Origin: Azolla caroliniana
Lineage: Eukaryota; Plantae; Polypodiophyta
Length of the DNA: 64,000 nucleotides
Direction: 5' to 3'
Assembly (NCBI GenBank): GCA_043228905.1
Contig: JBHGNT010000002.1
Span: 9,424,001 to 9,488,000, forward strand
Part shown: one piece after another, positions 1 through 10,808 of the stretch
Position numbering within the stretch: the stretch's first letter is position 1
Layout of the letters: every line of letters starts with the position of its first letter
Program-made: the position numbers and the translations under genes
Notes under the pieces: model-generated
Databases searched by the model: none
What the model was told of the DNA's origin: nothing
What the model saw: only the letters and a program-made list of their open reading frames with translations

Positions 1-564
1 AGTGATCAACATTCTTTTTCTCAAATACATCCTTGAAGTCTTCATACTTGGACGGTAGTGAATCAGTAGCTGTCCTCATTGGATTGCTTCATGAGGCACT
101 ATGCACTATTTTCCTTGTTGTGACTAGGATGTGAGCATCTGCCTTCGAGCTGATTCCTGCATTAATGGGAGGGTGAGCGCCTGCAACAACATGAGATATT
201 GCTTGCACCTTCGAACTAGTTTGGGAGAAAGTAATCAAGACTTGATTGTGCCAATCAACAAGTGGATTCTGTGCCTTCAGCCAAGAGAAACCGAGGATGC
301 CTGGATGTCACGGTGAAGTGATAACATAAAACATTAAGGCCTCCTGTGTCAAGATTCGAACTCTTGACACGACCATGTTATAATCTACTATTATGAGTTA
401 ACCAAGATATCTAGTACTAGTTATGTATGTAATTGGTCCTTATTATTTTGCTAGCATCATGTGCATAGTTGCTCCCTTGTAGTATTTACACTTGGCACAT
501 GCATGCATACCTACACGCTCTATTGTAGATTCACATGCGTGCAACAAGTGTGCATGCCATGTAG

Positions 565-572
565 TATAAATA
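565..572 (+). promoter_or_regulatory. TATA box of the 5' LTR
   Basis: TATAAATA about 32 nt upstream of the predicted self-primer start (597). Confidence 0.7.
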
Positions 573-701
573 GAGGAGTTCACCTTGAAGGAATTCAAGG
601 TGAACAACACCAGTTATGGAGTCTTTCCTTTAGTACTATCTTCTTTCTTGTCCATTTGGTTATCTTCTTGGTTGTCTCTTGAGTTTATGATCCGTGACAG
701 T

Positions 702-712
702 TTGTTCACCTT
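702..712 (+). promoter_or_regulatory. Self-priming primer-binding site (non-tRNA PBS)
   Basis: TTGTTCACCTT is the exact reverse complement of AAGGTGAACAA (597-607) in the LTR; no TGG tRNA-type PBS follows the LTR. Confidence 0.8.
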
Positions 713-749
713 CCCATCCTCATAGCTCTCCCTCTCATAAGCCATAGCT

Positions 750-1766
750 ATGTCCGACTCAACTAGTGAGTTAGGCCAAATAATGGTAGCCTTACGACAA
801 CTACAGCTTGAAAATGAAGCTCTTCGAAATTCTTTACAAGAACTTCAAGTCGGTACCTCCGTATCCTCACAACCCCCGAACCCTAGTCTCCCACAACAAC
901 CTAGCCTAGAGCCCGATCTTCTACCAACATCTAGCCTAGCTTCGTCACAGTTTCTTGAGCCTAAGGTTAGCCTCCCAGAAAAATTTGATGGAACGAGGTC
1001 GCGTTTCCGAGGGTTCATCAACCAAGTTCGACTTATCATTCGGCTACAACCTCAACGTTATGGAGATGGTCTTCGACAAGTCGGTCTTGTGGGCACCCTT
1101 CTCTCCGGTCCGGCCCAAGCTTGGTTTGCACCATTGGTAGAAACCTCATCACCTTTATTGGAGGACTTTCCCGCCTTCCTCGCCGAGTTAGAGGCCACAT
1201 TTGGAGAGACGGACCGACGACGTACAGCTCTTAACAAGATTTATGCACTCGAACAAGGTTCACGTGCAGCTTCGGTCTATGCTTCCGAATTTCGACAACT
1301 AGCATGCGACGTCAATTGGGATGATCAAGCTTTAGTTGATCACTTTCGGCGCGGTCTTCGAAGCAATGTCAAGAATCTTCTCTTAAACTTTCCGGAGCCC
1401 ACCTCGTTATCCCAAGCGATTTCACAAGCAGTCCATTGTGACAATCGTCTTTTCGAATTTCGCCAAGAAGAGCGCCGAACTTGGGTTCCACCTCATTCAC
1501 TTCCACGCCACGCCCCAGTCATACAACCCCAAGCATCCTCACACTCCCCTACTTCGGCAGATGCTCCTGTCCCCATGGAAATTGATCAAGCCCGATTTCG
1601 GCCATTGACTGATGCTGAACGACAATTTCGGCGGGCTAATGGCTTGTGCATGTATTGTGGCGCCTCCGGTCATGTCGTTCACCATTGTCCTAGGAGTACT
1701 CGCCCACAATTCCATCGAGCTAACGGACCCCAACATCCGGAAAACGACATCGTTCGGTTGCAGTAG
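750..1766 (+). CDS. gag: Gag (retrotransposon capsid plus CCHC zinc knuckle)
   Basis: 338-aa ORF with PEKFDG, LEQGSR..YASEF, PVPMEID and CMYCGASGHVVHHC motifs. Confidence 0.95.
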   Translation: MSDSTSELGQIMVALRQLQLENEALRNSLQELQVGTSVSSQPPNPSLPQQPSLEPDLLPTSSLASSQFLEPKVSLPEKFDGTRSRFRGFINQVRLIIRLQPQRYGDGLRQVGLVGTLLSGPAQAWFAPLVETSSPLLEDFPAFLAELEATFGETDRRRTALNKIYALEQGSRAASVYASEFRQLACDVNWDDQALVDHFRRGLRSNVKNLLLNFPEPTSLSQAISQAVHCDNRLFEFRQEERRTWVPPHSLPRHAPVIQPQASSHSPTSADAPVPMEIDQARFRPLTDAERQFRRANGLCMYCGASGHVVHHCPRSTRPQFHRANGPQHPENDIVRLQ

Positions 1767-4700
1767 GAGCCATGCAACTGGACATCTCCCGTCGCCCACA
1801 TTCTCTTGGTTCCATTGCCGGACCATCAGGCAATTTCACATTGGAGGTATGGCTTTCGTTTAACTCTAGTTCCATTCAATCTGTTGCTTTACTTGATTCT
1901 GGGGCATCTTCTTGCTTCATCGACGTCGCGTTTGCCCAAGCACATGGCGTACCTGTCGTTGGCCTCTCAAAACCCATTCCAGTTGAAGCCATCGACGGGT
2001 GCGTCCTCTCGTCAGGTGCAATTACTCAAGCTACAATCCCATTAGGGCTTCGGGTGGGCTCACACCAAGAGGAGCTCACCTTTTACCTCATCGCATCTCC
2101 TCGACATCCGATCGTCTTAGGACTAACGTGGTTGGAGGCGCACAATCCAATAGTAGATTGGTGCAACCGCTCGATCACATTTAGCAAGCCAAGATGCTCG
2201 TGCAAAAGTATGAAGGTAAATTCAGTTTCCTATCCTTCGGAGACGGTCGACTCCGAATTGACTACCCCATCATCCGTCCAGGATGGGTTTGTTTGTGGCG
2301 CCATTTCTAACACACTCCATGTTATTCCCGAAAAATACCAACACTTCTCCGACGTATTTGAAAAATGTAATGCTGATCGGTTGCCTGAACACCGGCTCTA
2401 CGACTGTCCGATTGATCTTCAAGAAGGTGCGTGTCCACCCTTTGGTCCTCTATATGCGTTGTCTGCACCAGAGTTGAAGGCCCTTCGTGTGTATCTTGAT
2501 GAGAACCTCGCGAAAGGCTTTATTCAACCTTCTAAGTCACCAGCCGGGGCCCCCATTTTATTTGTGAAGAAGAAGGACGGCTCTCTACGCTTATGCGTCG
2601 ACTACCGAGGTCTCAACAAACTCACTGTGCGCAACCGCTATCCGCTACCTCTGATCCCCGAACTCCTTGATCGGCTCCGAGTTGCGCGTGTCTTCTCCAA
2701 AGTTGATCTGCGTGGCGCGTACAATCTAGTACGCATCAAGCCAGGGGATGAATGGAAAACTGCATTTCGAACACGGTATGGGCATTTCGAATACAAGGTA
2801 ATGCCTTTTGGTCTTACTAACGCTCCCGCAGTTTTTCAACATATGATGAACGATATTTTCCGGGAATATCTTGATCTTTTTGTTGTCATTTACCTCGATG
2901 ATATTCTCATTTTCTCGCCAAACATGGAGGAGCACACTCGCCAAGTCCGATTAGTTCTGGCCAAACTTCGCAAGCATGGCCTTTATGCCAAAAGCGAGAA
3001 ATGCGAGTTCGACCGTACCTCGATCGAATTTCTGGGCTACATCATCTCGCCCACTGGCATCACCATGGATATGAAGAAGGTCTCTGTCATTCAGGCGTGG
3101 ACGACTCCAAGGCGACTTAAAGATGTGCAATCCTTCCTCGGCTTCGCAAATTTTTACCGTCGCTTCATCAAGGGGTTTTCCACCCTAGCACAACCTCTTA
3201 TCGCTCTCACCCATAAGGGCACTCCATTTTTATGGACCTCGGAGGCACAAAATGCGTTCGACTCACTCAAACACGCATTCATCACTGCCCCGGTGCTGCT
3301 ACATGCCGACCCCACAAAACCCTTCCAAGTCGAAACCGATGCCTCTGACTTTGCCATCGGCGCCATCTTATCCCAAGCAGACGACAACAACCTAATGCAC
3401 CCAGTGGCTTACTATTCCCGAAAATTTACGGCATCCGAAATCAATTATCCCATTTACGACAAGGAGCTTGCTGCTATCATTGCTGCCTTTGAAGAATGGC
3501 GACCCTACTTGGCCGGCGCACAACATCGTGTCCAGGTAGTGACTGATCATAAAAATTTAGTTTATTTTTCCACCACTCGTACTTTGAATCGAAGGCAGGC
3601 CCGTTGTTCTACATTTCTCGCTGACTACGATTTTGAGATTGTATTTCGACCTGGTGGCCAACATGGGAAGGCTGATGCCCTTTCTCGCCGAGCTGACCTT
3701 GCACTCCGCCCTGGGGATGTTGCTTATGCTCAACAATCTAGACGTTTGTTGAAACCCGACCAATTGCATATGTTTGCCACTTGTATGTTGCAGGATGATT
3801 CTTTACTCCAACAAATCACTGATGCATCCAAGACCGATGCGTTCGCCAACGAGATTCGAGATAGTCTGCAAAACCCCTCCAAGGCGACCAAAAGGAAGGA
3901 TCTTGACACCTTCACCATACAAGAGGGTTTGTTGTTCCGAGATCATCTCTTATACGTCCCAGAGGGCCCATGTCGCACCCGGGTGTTGCGGGAATGCCAC
4001 GATGACCCACTTGCAGGTCATTTCGGGGTCGCGAAAACCCTCGAGCTAATCTCTCGGGGGTATTGGTGGCCACAACCATGGAAGCTGGTCAAAGAATACA
4101 TAAAGAGTTGTGAGGTTTGTGCTCGCTCCAAAGCCATTCATCATCGGCCATACGGCTTACTACAGCCGCTTCCATGTCCTCGTCGTCCTTGGGCCTCTAT
4201 CTCTATGGACCTGATAACTGATCTACCCTTGGTCAATAGCTATGACTCGGTGTTGGTCGTTGTCGATCGGTTTACGAAGATGGCTCACTTCACTCCATGC
4301 TCCAAAACCATTTCCGGAGAAGGAATGGTGCATCTCCTACTCAACAATGTAGTACGCTTGCATGGACTCCCCGATGATGTCATCTCGGATCGCGGACCCC
4401 AGTTTGTCTCTCACTTCTGGCAACGCCTGCTACAAACTTTAGGCATCTCTGTCAAGTTGTCCTCCGCTTATCACCCCCAAACTGACGGGCAAACGGAGCG
4501 TGTCAACCAAATCCTTGAGCAGTATCTTCGGTGCTCGGTTAGTTACCAACAAGATGATTGGGTCAACTTACTTTCGCTCGCGGAATTCGCCTACAATAAT
4601 TCTCTCCATGCATCGACTGGCGTCACTCCCTTCTTTGCCAACTATGGTTTACATCCTCGCTTCAACATTTCCCTTCCTACCACTTCTGTGAACCCTTCGG

Positions 4701-5320
4701 CGGAGGATCGTGCCCGCATTTTGGAAGAAGTACATCATGATTTATCCTTGGAGCTTAGTCTTGCTAATGAACGATACAAGAAGCAGGCTGATCGCCATCG
4801 ATCTTCCACTCCACACTTTGTCGTTGGAGACATGGTCTGGTTGTTACGTCGACACATCTCTACTACTCGTCCATGTGCGAAACTTGATTACAAGAAGTTG
4901 GGACCATTCCGTATCATCGAGTGCATCAATCCCGTCGCCTTCCGGCTCGCCCTTCCATCCCACTTCCGGATTCACGATGTTTTTCATGTCTCCCTCCTCG
5001 AACCCCATTATGCTTCACAACTCCCAGGACGTCAAGCCCCACCACCACCACCTGTGCAATTGACGACAGGGGAGGAATACGAGGTCGACCAAATCCTTGA
5101 CTCGCGTTGGCACCGTCGACACTTGCAATACCTCGTCCTATGGAGGGGTTACCCCATGTCTGAGGCCACATGGGAACCATCGGCAAATTTACAAAATGCC
5201 CCAGAGGTCGTCCAAGATTTTCATCACCGATATCCCCACAAACCAGCGGCCGATTTGGGAAGGCGGCGTAAGAGGGGGGATAATGTCAAGATTCGAACTC
5301 TTGACACGACCATGTTATAA
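1724..5320 (+). CDS. pol: Pol (PR-RT-RH-IN-chromodomain), in the -1 frame relative to gag
   Basis: LLDSGAS protease, YLDD RT, TDASDFAIG RNase H, HHCC and DRGPQF integrase, GPF motif, EYEVDQIL..WEP chromodomain. The frame is open from 1724 (stop at 1721-1723) and overlaps the end of gag. Confidence 0.95.
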   Translation, partial: RTPTSGKRHRSVAVGAMQLDISRRPHSLGSIAGPSGNFTLEVWLSFNSSSIQSVALLDSGASSCFIDVAFAQAHGVPVVGLSKPIPVEAIDGCVLSSGAITQATIPLGLRVGSHQEELTFYLIASPRHPIVLGLTWLEAHNPIVDWCNRSITFSKPRCSCKSMKVNSVSYPSETVDSELTTPSSVQDGFVCGAISNTLHVIPEKYQHFSDVFEKCNADRLPEHRLYDCPIDLQEGACPPFGPLYALSAPELKALRVYLDENLAKGFIQPSKSPAGAPILFVKKKDGSLRLCVDYRGLNKLTVRNRYPLPLIPELLDRLRVARVFSKVDLRGAYNLVRIKPGDEWKTAFRTRYGHFEYKVMPFGLTNAPAVFQHMMNDIFREYLDLFVVIYLDDILIFSPNMEEHTRQVRLVLAKLRKHGLYAKSEKCEFDRTSIEFLGYIISPTGITMDMKKVSVIQAWTTPRRLKDVQSFLGFANFYRRFIKGFSTLAQPLIALTHKGTPFLWTSEAQNAFDSLKHAFITAPVLLHADPTKPFQVETDASDFAIGAILSQADDNNLMHPVAYYSRKFTASEINYPIYDKELAAIIAAFEEWRPYLAGAQHRVQVVTDHKNLVYFSTTRTLNRRQARCSTFLADYDFEIVFRPGGQHGKADALSRRADLALRPGDVAYAQQSRRLLKPDQLHMFATCMLQDDSLLQQITDASKTDAFANEIRDSLQNPSKATKRKDLDTFTIQEGLLFRDHLLYVPEGPCRTRVLRECHDDPLAGHFGVAKTLELISRGYWWPQPWKLVKEYIKSCEVCARSKAIHHRPYGLLQPLPCPRRPWASISMDLITDLPLVNSYDSVLVVVDRFTKMAHFTPCSKTISGEGMVHLLLNNVVRLHGLPDDVISDRGPQFVSHFWQRLLQTLGISVKLSSAYHPQTDGQTERVNQILEQYLRCSVSYQQDDWVNLLSLAEFAYNNSLHASTGVTPFFANYGLHPRFNISLPTTSVNPSAEDRARILEEVHHDLSLELSLANERYKKQADRHRSSTPHFVVGDMVWLLRRHISTTRPCAKLDYKKLGPFRIIECINPVAFRLALPSHFRIHDVFHVSLLEPHYASQLPGRQAPPPPPVQLTTGEEYEVDQILDSRWHRRHLQYLVLWRGYPMSEATWEPSANLQNAPEVVQDFHHRYPHKPAADLGRRRKRGDNVKIRTLDTTML
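1739..1790 (+). promoter_or_regulatory. -1 ribosomal frameshift signal (G GAA AAC plus stem/pseudoknot)
   Basis: Heptamer 1739-1745 in the gag/pol overlap, 6-nt spacer, 11-bp stem GTTCGGTTGCA/TGCAACTGGAC (with G-U pairs), loop GGAG complementary to downstream CTCC. Confidence 0.75.
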
Positions 5321-8225
5321 TCTACTATTATGAGTTAACCAAGATATCTAGTACTAGTTATGTATGTAATTGGTCCTTATTATTTTGCTAGCATCATGTG
5401 CATAGTTGCTCCCTTGTAGTATTTACACTTGGCACATGCATGCATACCTACATGCTCTATTGTAGATTCACATGCGTGCAACAAGTGTGCATGCCATGTA
5501 GTATAAATAGAGGAGTTCACCTTGAAGGAATTCAAGGTGAACAACACCAGTTATGGAGTCTTTCCTTTAGTACTATCTTCTTTCTTGTCCATTTGGTTAT
5601 CTTCTTGGTTGTCTCTTGAGTTTATGATCCGTGACATCCTGGTGGTCCCTGAGCTGTAAGATAAGTGGGACAGTGGCTTCGGTTACTGCTCCCAAAGAAA
5701 GCATGCGTCCATCGATAGCATCCACTAGGATTGGCTTGGACAAACGGACAATCGGGAATTTGTGTTTACGAACAAACCTTTCGTCCGTAAGACACATTGT
5801 TGCCCCGGAATCTAGAAGTGTTATGGATCCAATTGAAATCAACTTGAAATGGATTCTTACCGGAAAGGAGAAATCTTCTGTCGATGTAGCCGAACTATGG
5901 GAGCGACACAAATGTGGATTGTCCAACCACATGGCTCCTACTATAGTTGGACACCATCGTTTTCCCGTTGTTTGGGCCGTCTTGTCATATTGTTTGTAGA
6001 TATTTGTCGTTGACTATTCTTGATTGGGCAAAAACGAATGAGATGGGTGGATGCACCACAATATAAACATAGTCCGTTGGCTCGGCGATACCTCCGTTCA
6101 CCCTCGGTGAGTAACGGGGTGCGAGCTCGATCAATTTCCATCAGCACGGGGTCATCATACGATGATGATGGAGAAGATCTCGAAGAGGTTTTCAACCTTG
6201 AAGTTGCTCGTTCCTCTTGATGAAGCTCAAACAACCGATTGTTACAACTAATTGCTTGCATGATGGCTTGCGACAATGACGTAGGCTCTGGAAAGTTGAG
6301 TAGTAAATTTTTAATCCCGCTTCGAAGGCCCCAAAGAAAATGGTGGCAGAGAGCTTGGCCATCCGACTGAACATCACATGTTAATTGTCTAAATTCATAG
6401 GCATAAATGGATATCGGACGCATACCTTGATGTAATGAATAGAGTTTGGTGATGGCAGTTCGGCGTCGGTCCGTATCCCTAAATGTTGCCTCAAACTCTG
6501 CTAGAAAGGCAGGAAAAGTTTGAAGAAGTGGTGATGAAGTTTCAACTAATGGTGCAAACTAGGCTTCTGCAACTCCGGACAGAAGGGTTCCGATGAGACC
6601 AACTTGACGAAAATCACCCGCATACCGTTGAGGCTGTAGTTGGATAATAAGCTTGATCTAATTTATGAACACTCGAAAGTGCTTCCTCGTGCCATTGAAC
6701 TTGTCAAGTAAACTAATATTGGGCTCCAAACTTGTAGTGGGATGGGAAGTAGTCAGAGAAAGCATAGACGAGGAACCAGGCTCTATAGGTTGAACATTTG
6801 TTGATGTAGGAGGAGAGTTGTTTTTTTCTTCGAGTTCTATTGGTGTTCCACCTTGAAGCTTCCGTAACGATTCCCGAAGGTTGTCATTCTCAAGTTGAAG
6901 TTGAAGCATGGCTTCCATGATGTGATTTATTCTCTCGATAAGATCCAACATATTGACGCTTAGAAAATGGGAAGGTGAGTAAACTGTCACGAACGAGTGG
7001 AATGAGGCTAAGTACTAAGACAGAGCGAGAGCATAAGTAAGATCACAAGATTGTCAAGGACAAGTAGACGAGGCTCAATATTAAGAGATAGCGGGAGAGA
7101 GAGCATTAGACAAGAGAACAAGCAAGAGAGACAATAGACAAATAAACAAGAACTGTATATGCTTTCGTAACTAGTGTTGTTCACCTTAATTGTAATCAAG
7201 GTGCACCCCAATATTTATACAAGAATGTGGAGCTATGCATGAAAGCTAGAAGACTTCTAGAGAGTGCATGGAATCTTCTAGAGAGTGCATGAAGATGCAT
7301 TCTCTAGAAGGTTCTTGAAAGTTCTAGTGATCAATCTATAATGAAATAAGTTGAGTCTTACACAATATAATAATGTATAGATTGATGTAGCTCAATTGGT
7401 AAGGTTACCCAATTGACACATTAGATAGTGGAATGATCTATATACCCAATTCGTATACATATTGGCACATTAGATAGTGGACTTATCTGCTCTATACAGG
7501 GTGTAGGGCTCTTCGTCAGAACTAGTAATAGGCTTGACTCGCGATTTGAAGGGTAGGGGGGGTTCTTTGTGTAGAAGCGGTATAACACTTAGTTTCATAC
7601 GTGATGTAGAAAACAAATCTAAAACCCATTGAAAATTTTGAAAAAAAATACAAAATCTTGGGTTTTCAACTGGAATCCAATGCAATGCACTAGATTCCAG
7701 TTGAAATCCAAGATTTTTTTTAATTTTGTAATTTAAAAAAAAATCCATAAAAAAATAAAAACTGGATTTTCAACTAAAATCCGATGCACTACATTGTATT
7801 TTAGTCTATACAGGTAGAATCCAATGCAATGCATTAGATTAAAGTCGAAAATCCATTTTTCTTTTTTCTTTTATCAATGTATTTTTATTTATTTATTTCC
7901 ATATAAATAATAATAATAAATGGTTTTTCAACTAAAATCTGATGCACTACATCGGATTATAGTCTATATAGCTAGACATTGATGTAGTGCATCGGATTTT
8001 AGCTGACAATCCTTTTTCTTTTCAATTGTTTTTCATCTTTTTGACAAATAAATAAAAATATTTTAAAAAATGGATTTTTGATGCAGTGCACAAACTTCGA
8101 TGCACTACATTAGATTTCAATTAAAAATCCAAATTTCTTTTAGGTTTTTTATAAAACAATGAAAAAAAAAATTTGCATTTTCAAAGGAACTCTGATGCAC
8201 TACATGTGTTTAATATAGTAATGTA

Positions 8226-8520
8226 TTAATAAATAAATGCAACTTCAGTTGGATTTGCCAATCCAAAAGTCAGTTGTACATTTTCAGTTCCTCTTAGATA
8301 CCTGAAGATGTGCTTGACGGCCTCCCAATGGTTCCGTCTTGGGTTCGACATGTAACTGTTGATGACCCCTACAACATATGCAAGGTCGGGTCGGGTCGCC
8401 ACCATCACGTACATGATACTTCCTATGGCCAATGCATATGGTACCTTTTCATTGAGCTTTCTCTCCTCTTTCGTTGAGGGAGGGTCTTTGGTCGATAGTC
8501 AGATTGACGTTAGAAGCGAT
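8226..8520 (-). pseudogene. Ty1/Copia reverse transcriptase fragment (Tnt1/Tork-like)
   Basis: AIGSIMYVMVATRPDLAYVVG..HWEAVKHIFRYLRGT. Confidence 0.85.
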
Positions 8521-8606
8521 GTTGGTGCTGGTTTGTTATCCGTGGGATTGTAAGTGTATGAGTGAGTGTATAAGTGTCGATACATGGATAGATAAGTGAA
8601 GTCTTT

Positions 8607-9068
8607 CTTAGGAATTTGGTCCCTTCTGATGGGATCCGAATGAGATCTGGAAACCGGATCAGATGGATCCGATATGAACCGGACCCAGGGACATATCTAT
8701 AAATATGTTTCTGATGTGCCTGCCATGGCTATATTTGTAAATAGTGCTAAAGTCATATAAGTATAAATATGACTTAGGGAAATCACTTTATGTAGTTGTT
8801 GATTGTTTGTGTAGAGTTTTTGTTGTACAAAGTTTGTAGAGAAAGAGACATACAAAAAGCATTTTTGTTGTAACTGCATGTTGGCGAAGGTATAAAGCTT
8901 GAGGTCGTTGCCTCTATGTTACCTATTGTACCCCTATCTCTTATAGTGATAGTTGGAGTATGTGGGCTGCCGTGGTTTTTTCCCTGTTAGGGTTTTCCAC
9001 GTAAGCATCTTGTGTCCTCTCTGTTGTCTATGTAAGTGTATTAATCTCCATTTTTGTTTTGTTCTTCA
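8607..9068 (+). mobile_element. Degenerate Copia LTR (same family as 26170-26622); ends approximate
   Basis: Shares GCTATATTTGTAAATAG..AAGTATAAATATGACTTAGGG and CCGTGGTTTT..GGGTTTTCCACGTAA with the reverse complement of 26170-26622. Confidence 0.7.
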
Positions 9069-10808
9069 ATTGACTTTAAGAATCAGTTGATGCGAAATGC
9101 TATTCCGCACAGTCTTTGCATTAAAAGTCATGTGTAAGTGTATGTACAAATGTGCACATAGTTGTGAGCATATTAATATATTAATAATAAAAAATATTGC
9201 ATTTTCAGTTAAAAATCCATGATAAATGAAAAAACTAAAAAACAAAACTTGGACTTTCAACACAAAACCGATGCAGTGCATCGGATTTCCGTTGAAAATA
9301 CATCATTTTAAATGGCAAAAATCCATGATTTTTTATTTTTAACATTTTTTTCATGGAAAAAATAAGAAAATTGGAAGAAAAAAAAAGAAAAAGGGGATTT
9401 TCAATTTTTATTTATTTATTTATGGGAAAAATAAAAAAATTTAAAAAGAAAAAAAAAACCAAAAAAAACAGAAAAAGTGGACTTTCAATCAAAATCCTAT
9501 GTAGTGCATTGGATTTCCATTGAAAATCAATTTTTTCATTATTTATTTATTTATTTATGGGAAATATAAAACAAATTCAAAAGAAAATACAAAATAATTC
9601 AAAAAATAAGAAAATTTTCAAAACAAAAAGAAAAAGTGGATTTTCGACTGAAATCTGATGCACTGCATTGGATTTGCATTGAAAATCCATATTTTCAATT
9701 TGTTTTTATTTATTTATGAAAAAAATAAAAAACATTTAAAAAATTTTAAATTTCTTTTTAAAAATAAGAACATTTTAAAACAAATAAGAAAAAGTGGGCT
9801 TTCAACTGAAATCTGATTCATGTATCTGATTTCCGTTGAAAATCCATTTTCTAAAGATATTTTGAAAGTGGATTATATTTTAGTCTATATGGTTAGAATT
9901 TGATGCAATGCGTTATGTCTCAGTTGAAAATGCAAGAGTATTTTTTTAATGGGAAATTTAAAAAAAATTCTAAGACTTACAACAAGAATCAGATGCACTA
10001 CATCCAATTCTAGATGTATAGAGTAAAATTCGACATAGTGCATCAAATCTAGAGGGAATTAATCTGATTTCTGTTTGACATCAAAGGCTTACTATGAGAA
10101 TCTATGAAAAACGAAAAAACATCTTTATGACATTTTTTAGATTCTAATGATTTTGGTAGAAGGTTTCTCTCACATATTCAAATATCGTAAGTAGAAAGTA
10201 CATAATTAAATATCATAACCAAAAAGTGAAGAAGAAGGAATGCATCAAGCACATCTACTCTTACATTGGATAATGTTTATATACTAGTGTATGACTTATC
10301 TTTGACCAAAACAAGTTATCTGCGATAGACCACAATGAAGATACTAAGAGCAAATCTAGAATGTGGCTTCAGACACAACACAAAGATAAACAAGAAGCAT
10401 GACTCATAACCTCGATGAGGTTGGATTGCAATTGGATGAAGACAATGCATTACTTACCATTGATGATGAGGGTGAGACCTCATAAACTCTTACTAGTTCA
10501 TCTAATGGGTATGAAGATGATGACATAAACTTGGAAAACGATTGTCCTGATATGTTAACTATAAATATTGTATTGTACATCAAGATTTGGATTCATGAAT
10601 TTCTATAAATATTGGTGTTAGTCATTTTGGACATTCATTTGTAAGTTTGACATGTCCATTATTTAGGAATTTTTTTGAACACCTAAATTTTCGTACATGC
10701 TAGAAATCAATATATTTTTGGGCCATTTTTTAAAATCCTTTACACATGTGGCGCCCCTTTTTGTGAATCACCCTAATTTGTGTCATTTTTTGATGGACAG
10801 TTCTCAAA

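Larger units (their letters stand above)
347..5636 (+). mobile_element. Apparently intact Ty3/Gypsy chromovirus (Tcn1/Tf1-like) LTR retrotransposon
   Basis: TG..CA LTRs of 353 bp at 347-699 and 5284-5636 (one C/T difference seen); 5-bp TSD TCCTG at 342-346 and 5637-5641; PPT AGAGGGGGGA at 5271-5280; open gag and pol. Confidence 0.97.
1..7362 (-). mobile_element. Older degenerate Tcn1-like chromovirus, interrupted in its protease region by the 347-5636 element; continues off the left edge
   Basis: Minus strand: LTR ~6985-7362; gag fragments 6990-5941 with stops; protease LLDSGAT at 5932-5641; reading resumes at 346 (..HQ/EALMFYVITSP..KYEDFKDVFEKKNVDH). Confidence 0.9.
7655..10060. repeat. Dispersed array of palindromic motifs (approx. 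GGATTTTCAACTAAAATCCGATGCACTACATCGGATTT) separated by A/T tracts; probable DNA-transposon subterminal repeats
   Basis: Many diverged copies in both orientations at 7660-8215 and 9240-10060. Confidence 0.7.

Noticed and set aside
461-682. Short ORFs inside LTRs (also 5398-5619, 13951-14199, 22147-22410)
   Set aside because: They recur only because the LTRs are duplicated; non-ATG starts and no protein motifs.
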